Positions 53,204 through 64,000 of a stretch of 64,000 nucleotides of DNA are shown piece by piece (within the stretch, counting starts at the first letter, position 1; the number at the start of each line of letters is the position of its first letter). Below the pieces are notes generated by a model, which was not told the origin of the DNA, searched no databases, and saw nothing but the letters and a program-made list of their open reading frames with translations. Source of the stretch: Neoechinorhynchus agilis (lineage: Eukaryota; Animalia; Acanthocephala); NCBI GenBank assembly GCA_051530055.1, contig CM121341.1, positions 4,938,784-5,002,783 of the forward strand, written 5' to 3'. The translations under genes were made by a program, and so were the position numbers.

Positions 53204-54220
53204 TCAAATTATTTGTTCGTACTTTTGGATTAAATCGTTCAAAAGACCGGATGCGCCGATCCTGAACAAATTTCTGTCAACTCTATCGAATCCTAGCTCA
53301 CTCCAAACCAAAACGATCCATTCCAAAGCCTGCAAATATGTCTTAACCCCGCCAGCCGGTTTGATTCCGATTTTAATTCCTTTTGTTATACGTTCGAAAT
53401 CACGAATAGCCACTGCCATCACGAGCCCACTTGTGATGTCGGCATTGAACTGAGACTCCTTACCCGTTGAAGTCTTTATAAAATCTGCACCGGCCATCAT
53501 TGAAACCATCGAAGCGGCGTAAACATTCCCTAGTGATCCTAACTCTCCTAACAGCAATTTGTCTTAATAATCGATTAATTACTGAAAATTGACCGTAATA
53601 TCTGTTGGATATGTCCCAAAATTAAGACAAACTGCACCTACAGCTAAAATGCTCTTCATGTGAACATGCCCGTGGTCATTGAGGATGCATGCCGCTTTCA
53701 TACGTTTGATTTCATTGTAAACGCCGATCCAATCACCCTTTAAAGCCTTCTCACGATTGATAACAATATCGATTTCATCAGCTCCAGCTTGAACGGCATA
53801 TTTAATCTCCATTAATCGTGATTCAATGTCAGTTTGCCCTGAAGGGAATCCAGTAGCTACACTCGCGATCTTTGGCGAATATTTGCCTTCCTTTTGAATG
53901 TAAGCCCGGATATTGCTGACGTCCAAAACTCGACTGGGATACACACAAACAGCGGCACATTGAACACACGGATTTGAATTTAGCGGATTTACGGCAAGCT
54001 TAAATAGTCGTTGAACTCTAGAAGGAGTGTCATCTCCCGATAGAGTCGTGAGATCTATACATTCAATGATTTTGACGATCAAAGATAACTGATCTGGACA
54101 TGAACGTAAGTAGAGAGCTTTTCGTTTGATCAATTTAGCCCATTCGTCTACTGCTGGTTTGCAGAAAATAAACCGTTTAGCGAGATGAGCGTCGTCAAAT
54201 TCTATACCCGGGTTCGTCAT
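53204..54220 (-). CDS. DERA: Deoxyribose-phosphate aldolase, eukaryotic type, one intron
   Basis: CIDLTTLSGDDT; AAVCVYP; VATGFPSGQ; GADEIDIVINR; GADFIKTSTGKE; KPAGG; FRIGASGLL. Confidence 0.95.
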
Positions 54221-54412
54221 ATCTGTAAGGTGGCACGAGACGTCGACGTTTCTTGCAAAAGTGCACTTTTGTCTCTTAGTCAAAGAAGTGCCTTCTAAAT
54301 GACTAAACACTTGTTTATCCGGCTGGGGATCTCTTTCGAAGGATTTTTTATATTTCTATCAATGTGTGTGGCCTTTTTATAACACGGCTGATTATTTTCC
54401 TTGGGCACACAG

Positions 54413-54818
54413 CCCACCGATCTGCACTCAATGCACTGAACCATCCGGTAAAAAGTTTGTATGAATCCCTCCCCGGCGAGGCGGGACTCATCAGTGAGTT
54501 TCCTTCAGCGTCCCTTTTTGGTTGTGCATCATTGGTGGAAACGGATTCGAACCACTTGACCCTTAATCGAGATCACGGGCATTAGTCCACTTGACCACCT
54601 CGACGCAACTACGAAATGTACAAACTCGGCGAATTTTATATTTATTAATTCAAGGACACAATCAAAAAGGGACGAAATACCTCGTTGAAGGGAGGAAACT
54701 CACCAATGAGAGTCCCGCCTCATCGAGAGGTATCTGAGGATCCAGAGGAATGTACAAACCCTTTTACTGGATGGTTTAGTGCATTGAGTAATTGAATTCT
54801 CTGAACCAAATCGGTGGA
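54413..54818. repeat. Old, imperfect inverted repeat (~100-bp arms)
   Basis: actcaatgcactgaaccatccggtaaaaag...gaggcgggactc..gtgagtttcct at 54426-54505 is mirrored at ~54690-54790. Confidence 0.7.
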
Positions 54819-55231
54819 CCGGCTGGCCAATCTTCATAAAAAATTGACGTTCGGGTGAATAGATCATTAACACTCGATAGGAAGATCGCTTTAAAGTAAC
54901 TAAAATCAAAAAAATTATCACATGACGTGAGTTTTCGTTTGACTCGGGAATCCGAGATCGTCTTTAATGCGATCCTTATCGCAAAATAATACTTGATTTA
55001 ATCACACCGAATGCAATCGTCAATAAAAAATATGTTTTTTCCAGGGTTGTGATCGCCACAATACCTAAGCAATTCAACCTGTTTTCCCATTGAAGTAAAC
55101 GTTAAAAATGCTCTAAAACGCTAGGTCGTTTCGTCGATTTCTAACCTACATATCGATACCAAAAATAGACGAAGCTTCAGGTTTTACTATGTCATCCACA
55201 GGATCCAGAATGCTATTCCAAAGATTGGAAA

Positions 55232-55870
55232 ATGCCTTAGAATCAAGCCATCCCTGATAAAATCGCCACACAAATTTATTTGACAAATTGTAATTTATCG
55301 CTTTCGCCTAAACCCCGGAATTTTCTCTGAAATAATTTCTCATCTACTTATTTCTGAATTAAAACGGATGCCTTAGAATCAAGCCATCCCTGATAAAATC
55401 GCCACACAAATTTATTTGACAAATTGTAATTTATCGCCTAAAACCCCGGAATTTTCTCTAAAATAATTTCTCATCTACTTATTTCCGAATTAAAACGGAT
55501 GCCTTAGAATCAAGCCATCCCTGATAAAATCGCCACACAAATTTATTTGACAAATTGTAATTTATCGCCTAAAACCCCGGAATTTTCTCTAAAATAATTT
55601 CTCATCTACTTATTTCCGAATTAAAACGGATGCCTTAGAATCAAGCCATCCCTGATAAAATCGCCACACAAATTTATTTGACAAATTGTAATTTATCGCC
55701 TAAACCCCGGAATTTTCTCTAAAATAATTTCTCATCTACTTATTTCCGAATTAAAACGGATGCCTTAGAATCAAGCCATCCCTGATAAAATCGCCACACA
55801 AATTTATTTGACAAATTGTAATTTATCGCTTTCGCCTAAACCCCGGAATTTTCTCTGAAATAATTTCTCA
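55232..55870. repeat. Tandem array, 5 x ~131-136 bp, at the MRPS9 3' end
   Basis: gccttagaatcaagcc recurs at 55234, 55370, 55501, 55632 and 55762. Confidence 0.95.
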
Positions 55871-55883
55871 CGTATTGATTTCC

Positions 55884-57741
55884 TTACGTTTTATGCCTTT
55901 TCCGGGCACCTCGTCGACCATACATTTTACGCTCTTTCAATCTTATATCGTCAGTCAATAGTCCGCCTAACCTTTGAATATTATTGATTGTCTTAAGCGA
56001 TTTCCCTTACATAATCTTAATTTTTCAACCCGTTCTGCATCCATAAAACTAGTCAACGAAACTGCGATGGCCTGTCGTGCAGCCACCGCTTCACACGTTG
56101 GCCTGTATTGACCTTCAAGAATAATAGTTGCGTTGAACTGACCGAGGGTGTCCGTGACAACGAAGGGCATCATTAGATATTCTCTGGTTGTATTGCTGCT
56201 GATCGATAAATGTTCAATATAACTAACCTGTGAATCATCCGGACGAAGTAAAGAATGTCTGTTGTGTGGAAATGTGGAGATTTAATCGTTATTTCGCCAT
56301 TACCACGAGTCAAATGTACGTTCACTTTGCACCTCTTCTTGGTTGCTTTGGGTTCGGATTAAGTTCTTGTTGTTATTAGACTTTGTAACCTGATAAAATA
56401 TGGTGAGGAAAATAGGAACTGAGAAATTCGATTTTATTGTGAATTTTCGGCCTTAGCGTAGGCCTTCTTCAGACTATTGTTTCGCAGGACGCCCGAAAAT
56501 TCACAATAAAATCGAATTTCTCAGTTCCTATTTTCTTCACCATATTTTATCAGCAATGTTAAATATATATTCGACTTTCTAACCTGTCGCAACCTGGTAT
56601 AAATCGCCGTTCTCGTCAACCAGTGGCTAAAGATGTTAGAAACGAGCGTAGCTGAAAAGGTAGTTAAAATTTTACTTCTTTTATCTCATGAATGCATGAT
56701 ATAGCCATTTTTTGTGTTCTATAGTTCATTATCACTTCTAGGACGTCTTCAGGGAGCGTTTGAACTCGGTTCTCGATTATTCTGTTTAATAGCGCCACGA
56801 ATCGTTTATACTAAACAAAATTCAATCGTAAAGAGAGAAAAAAGGATAAATTTGCCTCGTTCTCAGTAATTGACTCCAAACAACGTTCTTTGAGGCTTTC
56901 GATGGATATCCATTCAGTGGCGGAAATTCTTTGAATGCAGTTAGAGATCACAAAGATTTAAATATGGTCTTTTTTCAATGCTAATTTGCCTATTGTCCTT
57001 TCCGTTTATGATTACGATGAAAAAATTAGCGGAGTTTATGCTTTCTGTGGTAAGTCATCATTGAAAAAGACCGTTAATGTCTTACTTTTCAACATTATTA
57101 GGATTTTCACTAGCATCGTTATATTTAAGTGATTCAAAAATTACTCCTAAGTCCTAAAATGGTTGCTTTATTGAGGCGAGAAGAGGGAGTTAAGACCAAC
57201 GTGCATAATGGTATAAAAATTCGGCCGAAGAGTAAAGAATAAGTAATTAAAAGGACGACCATCGTAACCGAATTGAGCCTCTATTGAACACTTTTTTTTG
57301 AGATCTTCAGAACAAAAAGAGTACCTTTAGTAGAATAGAAAATCTCGCTAGGATGCTTCATGATGGGTCTTGCAAGTTTTTCAAAGACTCCGGATGGAAA
57401 AAGGTAACGAACGTATTTCTCAATATGATAATCATCGATTAAATCCGAATCGTGGAATCCCATAATCCGAGCTAAGTGCCGTTTTCCCAACTCATATTCA
57501 GTCACATGTTCATTGTAGATCTTCTCTCGATCAGAAAGTCGTTTTAAGTACAAACTCATAGCCTGACTTATATAGTTGCTTCGAGCGCTGTTTTGTTCGT
57601 CAGCCGTCATTAAGGTCGCAGTACGGACCTGATTGGCTAGTCGATGTGAATTTAACTGAGAAGATTTGAAGTGATTTGAAGCGAAAAAAATCATACCTTA
57701 TTGATCAAACCAATTGTTTGATTTTCAATGCGATTGATCAT
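55884..57741 (-). CDS. MRPS9: Mitochondrial ribosomal protein S9 (uS9m), multi-exon
   Basis: AMSLYL...YELGKRHLARIMG...YLFPSGVFEKLARPIMKHP; PFVVTDTLGQF; ARQAIAVSL; GLLTDDIRLKERKMYGRRGAR. Confidence 0.92.
56390..56553. repeat. Hairpin in a MRPS9 intron (61-bp arms, 1 mismatch)
   Basis: ctgataaaatatggtgaggaaaatagg...ttttcgg / ccgaaaattcac...catattttatcag. Confidence 0.9.
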
Positions 57742-57994
57742 CTGAAACTAAATTTGCTCGTGGATCGTCATTATTAACCAACCCATGAGTAGAAGACGAA
57801 ATATTAAAAATCATTTTTCTTTATTTTGCCGCAACCGGAGACCTTGCGACGATTCCGAATGGCCAAGAGATAGATCTGGGAAGTTAGCAAGGACGTTATG
57901 CTAAAATCAAAAAGATTCTGGGTCTTCAATGAGCTGTCACTACCCCGAAAATTAATTATTGATTTTATCCAAGGTTGCTTTCGAGTGGTTTTCG

Positions 57995-60465
57995 ATTTTT
58001 ATTAACGGCGAATTTTTACCTACTCGATACTAGAGAAATTTATTTTGAATTTTCGAGGGGAAATTCAGCTCCTGAATCCAGATAGCGAGATTGGATGACG
58101 TCTGACTGAATTTCCCCTTTTAGACGTCTGATGAGGAGGCTAAGACCTCGAGAATTCAAAATAAATTTCTCTACTCTCGAGGAGGTAAAAATTCATTTTT
58201 TGAAGAGGGAACTCAGGTCTCGAAATATTTAATTAAATAGTTAATTTTTATTAATGGCGAATTTTTACCTCCTCGAGACTAGAGAAATTTATTTTGAATT
58301 TTCGAGGGGAAATTCAGCTCCTGAATCCAGATAGCGAGATTGGATGACGTCTGACTGAATTTCCCCTTTTAGATGTCTGATGAGGAGGCTAAGGCCTCGA
58401 GAATTCAAAATAAATTTCTCTACTCTCGAGGATGAAAAATTCATTTTTTGAAGAATGAATTCAGGTACCGAAATATTTAATTAAATAATTAATTTTTATT
58501 AATGGCGAATTTTTACCTCCTCGAGACTAGAGAAATTTATTTTGAATTTTCGAGGGGAAATTCAACTCCTGAATCCAGATAGCGAGATTGGATGACGTCT
58601 GACTGAATTTCCCCTTTTAGATGTCTGATGAGGAGGCTAAGGCCTCGAGAATTCAAAATAAATTTCTCTACTCTCGAGGAGGAAAAATTCATTTTTTGAA
58701 GAATGAATTCAGGTACCGAAATATTTAATTAAATAATTAATTTTTATTAATGGCGAATTTTTACCTCCTCGAGACTAGAGAAATTTATTTTGAATTTTCG
58801 AGGGGAAATTCAACTCCTGAATCCAGATAGCGAGATTGGATGACGTCTGACTGAATTTCCCCTTTTAGATGTCTGATGAGGAGGCTAAGGCCTCGAGAAT
58901 TCAAAATAAATTTCTCTACTCTCGAGGAGGTAAAAATTCATTTTTTGAAGAGGGAACTCAGGTTCCGAAATATTTAATTAAATAATTAATTTTTATTAAT
59001 GGCGAATTTTTACCTCCTCGAGACTAGAGAAATTTATTTTGAATTTTCGAGGGGAAATTCAACTCCTGAATCCAGATAGCGAGATTGGATGACGTCTGAC
59101 TGAATTTCCCTTTTAGATGTCTGATGAGGAGGCTAAGGCCTCGAGAATTCAAAATAAATTTCTCTACTCTCGAGGAGTAAAAATTCATTTTTTGAAGAAT
59201 GAATTCAGGTACCGAAATATTTAATTAAATAATTAATTTTTATTAATGGCGAATTTTTACCTCCTCGAGACTAGAGAAATTTATTTTGAATTTTCGAGGG
59301 GAAATTCAACTCCTGAATCCAGATAGCGAGATTGGATGACGTCTGACTGAATTTCCCCTTTTAGATGTCTGATGAGGAGGCTAAGGCCTCGAGAATTCAA
59401 AATAAATTTCTCTACTCTCGAGGAGGTAAAAATTCATTTTTTGAAGAGGGAACTCAGGTTCCGAAATATTTAATTAAATAATTAATTTTTATTAATGGCG
59501 AATTTTTACCTCCTCGAGACTAGAGAAATTTATTTTGAATTTTCGAGGGAAATTCAACTCCTGAATCCAGATAGCGAGATTGGATGACGTCTGACTGAAT
59601 TTCCCCTTTTAGATGTCTGATGAGGAGGCTAAGGCCTCGAGAATTCAAAATAAATTTCTCTACTCTCGAGGATTAAAAATTCATTTTTTGAAGAATGAAT
59701 TCAGGTTCCGAAATATTTAATTAAATAATTAATTTTTATTAATGGCGAATTTTTATCCTCGAGACTAGAGAAATTTATTTTGAATTTTCGAGGGGAAATT
59801 CAACTCCTGAATCCAGATAGCGAGATTGGATGACGTCTGACTGAATTTCCCCTTTTAGATGTCTGATGAGGAGGCTAAGGCCTCGAGAATTCAAAATAAA
59901 TTTCTCTACTCTCGAGGAGGTAAAAATTCATTTTTTGAAGAGGGAACTCAGGTTCCGAAATATTTAATTAAATAATTAATTTTTATTAATGGCGAATTTT
60001 TACCTCCTCGAGACTAGAGAAATTTATTTTGAATTTTCGAGGGGAAATTCAACTCCTGAATCCAGATAGCGAGATTGGATGACGTCTGACTGAATTTCCC
60101 CTTTTAGATGTCTGATGAGGAGGCTAAGGCCTCGAGAATTCAAAATAAATTTCTCTACTCTCGAGGAGGAAAAATTCATTCTTTGAAGAGGGAACTCAGG
60201 TACCGAAATATTTAATTAAATAATTAATTTTTATTAATGGCGAATTTTTACCTCCTCGAGACTAGAGAAATTTATTTTGAATTTTCGAGGGGAAATTCAA
60301 CTCCAACCAACAAAACCACGAATCCCGGAAATTCAACTTGAATCCAGATAGCGAGATTGGATGACGTCTGACTGAATTTCCCCTTTTAGATGTCTGATGA
60401 GGAGGCTAAGGCCTCGAGAATTCAAAATAAATTTCTACTCTCGAGGAGGTAAAAATTCATTTTCG
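57995..60465. repeat. Tandem array, 10 x ~248 bp; each unit is internally palindromic
   Basis: attaa(c/t)ggcg recurs at 58001, 58250, 58498, 58746, 58995, 59242, 59491, 59738, 59985 and 60233. Confidence 0.95.
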
Positions 60466-60739
60466 GAAAAAATGTCGAATTTTACGAAATATCGGAAATA
60501 ACTAAATTTAAACGCAATGAATACCTTTAAAAGTACAATAAAATCTCCAAACAATTTTACATATCTTTGAGTCTCTCAAAGAAGTCTAGGAATCAAACGA
60601 AAGAAAGCATTCTGATATCTCACGACCCTTCTAATCTTACATTCGCATTCTAAAATAAAACTTTGACCACATTAAAGGACGTTCTTGATTTGATGTTAAT
60701 ATTCTGCGGCTGCAATTCACTGTGAGTGAAAGATCTTCG

Positions 60740-62548
60740 AAATGGGAGCGAGGAGACAAGAGAAGAAGGAAAGAAATGCTCCGGACGAACTACTGAGTCA
60801 CTTGAAAAAGCACAAAAGATAAAAAATTAATTAGAAGGAGTAGAAACAATCTTCGGCCATGAAGAGTGCCCACGACGGCGAATATTCTGCCGATTAGCCA
60901 ATGGCGGAAATCCTTATTGCAAACGTCTAATTTATATTTGAAGATTGAACTGTTCATATTTTGGTTGTTTTTTTATGCGAAGAAATTAAAATGAATTTAT
61001 TTTAAAATCTCCAATTGGTTTCGACACAATCTCGTACGCCTTTTGATCAAGGTTGCGAATTGTTTCGAGATCAAATTGAAGGTTATAAAGCCGTTTTTTC
61101 GCAGTAACCGACAAGCGAGATACGTTCAGTGGAATGCTTAATTTGATCTTTATATCTTTCCCGAGATTTCTTTTTACAATTATCTTTTTGAGTAAACCTA
61201 CAGTTTAATGGTCATATAGCCAATTGTAATCTTCCATACAAGATTGTGTCGTTCTTTAAGGATAAACTATAACCTTGGAATCGATGTCAACAGGTCTTCT
61301 GCTTGACTATAATCGTGACTCGACTGAATAAGATCTTGGAATATTGTTTTAATGAGCTCTCAGGATCTCGGACGTGTTTTCTAACTATCCAAGTGCACTT
61401 TAATTGTTCCGATCTATCGATATTTAATGCTCATAACGTTTTTATGGCGGAAAATCGCAGGAATTTTATTAAATCCGAAATTCGAGCACAATCTCGTGCC
61501 TTTATCAAGGGGTTTTATTCGCACTTTATGCAAATCTATCGATCAATGATGTTCACACTTGTAAATCGTGAACAATCGCAGTAGATTTCTTTTAAATAGT
61601 TTTTGTCGAATGTCTGAAGATTGAACTAAAAGGCACCCAACAATGCTCATAACCATCAACTGGTTCAATAGATAGAAAGGTTAAAATCATTGATCAAGAA
61701 TTTTTGTCAATGCTTTGAACTCTATCTTTAAAATGTTTTTTGTCTTGATTCAGCTCAATGATCCGTTTTCGATTAATTTTGCTATATCATCTAGTTTGTG
61801 TCCTCGTCTTCGTTATATTTTCCGGTTTAAGATGAAGAAATAATATCAGATACCGATGCCTCTTCGCTCGGAACAATATGAAGACGGAAACTTGACACTC
61901 CTAAAATCTTGTTGAAAAGATAATTCATTGTTATTTGTCGATAGGAGAAATGAAATTAAGAATTTATTGGATATTTCGATCCACTATCTCTCAAGTGTTT
62001 ACGACAAACTCCCAAAATCGAGCCAAGTGACCGAACTTCTCAACCGGATTTTGCTAGGTTCGTGGAGGAATTTTATCCCTGGCCAAAACAGCAGTTCTCA
62101 AGTTTCATTAAGACTCTCTTCGGCGACTCGTTTCACAAATACTTTGGTCTATCCTTTTTTGATTAATATTGTCCTAGAAATCCAATCTCGATTGGTGGCA
62201 GTCTCGACTTAGAGAATCAGGTGTTTGGCAAAACGCTCTCTTAGGTTGTTTTCTTTGGGTACCTTTTGACGAGACGGAAACTTAAGGAACGACCGTGCCG
62301 AAGTGAACGCGATTCTCTCAGTCGTGCCCAGAATACTGGGAATTCGAAAAAAAATATCCTAGAGTCGATCTATGATCCTCAGAGATAATTTTTGCTTCAC
62401 TATTCACGCTGAAGCATCCCGTTTTAGAAAACAATAGACGAAAAACTATCTTCGAACTAGAAATGTTTGCAAAACTAGGAAGCAACAAAAGGAAGATGGA
62501 CAGATTTAAAGAAGCCAAGAGAGTTTTTAAATCGCCATTTACAGATTA
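60740..62548 (+). CDS. Probable multi-exon gene of unknown function; structure unresolved
   Basis: Protein-like frames, e.g. FIGYFDPLSLKCL...FARFVEEFYPWPKQQFSSFIKTLFG and a terminal LFTLKHPVLENNRRKTIFELEMF...SPFTD*. Confidence 0.3.
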
Positions 62549-62760
62549 ACGCATTAATTGAACAAATTTGAACCCGATATTTAACGTGGATTTATCGTAT
62601 AATGTCACTCGCTCATCAATTAAAAAATCGCAATAATTTTTTTTTACATCATCGTCTGTAATGTACCATTATCGATTTTTTCCACACATAATACTTGAAC
62701 AAGTGCAATAAAAAAAACGGTGATTTTTAAAGTGTTTTCATTTAACAGAGTTTGTCAACA

Positions 62761-64000
62761 ATGGACAATTATCAAGAGGAATCTTCTACATATTATCCAG
62801 TAATGAATTACACTCTTTGGGCGGAAAGCATAATGGATTACACCTACAAGTCGTACGTTTGGCTTACTAGCAAGTAAATGATCAAATCGATGGCTCCTTG
62901 AGAATCGATTTGATTAAATATAATGGCTGTTATGATCGCGAATTTATAGATAGCTCATACGAGTTTCAACCGCTATGTTTCCAAGATGACCCGGATGAAG
63001 GATTCGTCGTTCACGAACTGGACGAAGAACCGATTGATTTAGAAAATGATGAAAGTGAAAGTCCTGTGTTACTGGAGAACTCTCCACCTCCCACAGCAGA
63101 ATACTACAAACGAATCGAACCTCAAATATTCCAGAAACTTAAGAATTTTTCTATCGAAAAGTATCAACGTTATCCAACCATCGGCCCCCGTCGGACACTC
63201 GCAGATGATTGTATTGGAAAAAGCCCGATCTTAGTTTCCACCATATCCTTACTATCATTCGTGAATTTCTTTAATCTTGTGTTACCAATTAACAAATTGT
63301 TCAAAAGGGAACCTTTGGCGGATCTAGAGGAAGCTAAAAATCATTTACCTGCTCTTCGGATTATTTCAGCTTTCTTTGGTTTATTTTCAAGTGAAAATAT
63401 GAGGCGATTGACCGCTGACAAAGTACGCGAGGAATTGGTTAAAATTGAACTGGTAGGTAACGCGATTATCGATTGCCGAGGGGATCCTGCTACGTTCATC
63501 CGCGCACTTTTATCTTCATTGCATCGAGAAATCAATCATTGCCGTAGGAAATACGAAGAAAGTACCGCTGGCCTCAATGGAACTGCGAATCAACAACACG
63601 AATCGATCTGCAGGAATGGACACGTAAATCAACAACAACAACAACAACAAAGATTGACCAAATCACTAAATCCCGTGGCTGAATTGCTTGGAATCAAATT
63701 CAGGAGTTTCGGTAATTTCTAAACAGACTTTCCAGTACCAAGGAAATGCTTAGTGGAAAATCTGTTTAAACGTAACAAACATAATCAGCAACTTACTGAG
63801 GATTGTTGTTATTTATTCAAAATTCCGTGTGGTTGTAAGAGTCTTAATCAAGCTTTAAGACAGTTATGCTTAAATGGAGATCAAGGAAGACCTCGTTTGC
63901 AGTTTAACTATCTTCCTCCTTGTCTCATGTTTGAAATTGACATGTTTACTGAGGATTCATATTACAGGACTCTGTCAACAACGAATATTCCTTTTGTTCT
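62761..64000 (+). CDS. Divergent ubiquitin-specific protease-like protein (peptidase C19 fold), truncated by the window end
   Basis: DPATFIRALLSSLH (cf. the QxDAxEF...LH box), later Cys pairs, and LQFNYLPPCLMFEID (cf. LPxxLxxxLKRF). No catalytic Cys box seen. Confidence 0.45.

Noticed and set aside
54900-55250. A gene between DERA and MRPS9
   Set aside because: Protein-like frames exist on both strands, but I could not build a consistent model or recognise a family.
24664-60465. Tandem arrays as CRISPR arrays
   Set aside because: Units are long and near-identical with no unique spacers, there are no cas genes, and the context is eukaryotic.
1-64000. rRNA, tRNA or SL-RNA genes
   Set aside because: No cloverleaf, rRNA signature or convincing leader-donor-Sm-site arrangement was recognised by eye.

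Overview
This is AT-rich eukaryotic DNA from a compact genome, most likely a small animal. The genes are spliceosomal, with mostly ~35-50 nt GT-AG introns, so many ORF-track entries are single exons or antisense noise. Genes I can support: a ~15 kb, extremely divergent dynein heavy chain (-), two intact and one broken FoxO-like forkhead gene around BCCIP, a 59-aa-repeat protein with a possible CENP-C-like cupin, an orphan disordered ORF, GMPPB, an SLX9-like gene, LARP7, a half PDE domain, WBP2, BOLA3 (missed by the ORF track), DERA, MRPS9 and a USP-like gene running off the right end. Four things stand out. (1) A family of foldback/tandem elements fills introns and spacers and repeatedly carries a hammerhead-ribozyme-like cassette, YTGANGA-R-[stem II]-GARA-palindrome, whose stem II sequence differs between copies but still pairs. 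(2) The Fox/BCCIP duplication (7 kb) sits exactly between the 5' half and the 3' end of a CRE-clade retrotransposon, and two satellites are built from CRE coding sequence. (3) Nine genes have a 3' splice acceptor 0-3 nt before the ATG, which suggests spliced-leader trans-splicing and possibly operons. (4) Unique gene-flanking sequences have been amplified into private tandem arrays. All gene assignments come from recalled family motifs, not from database searches.
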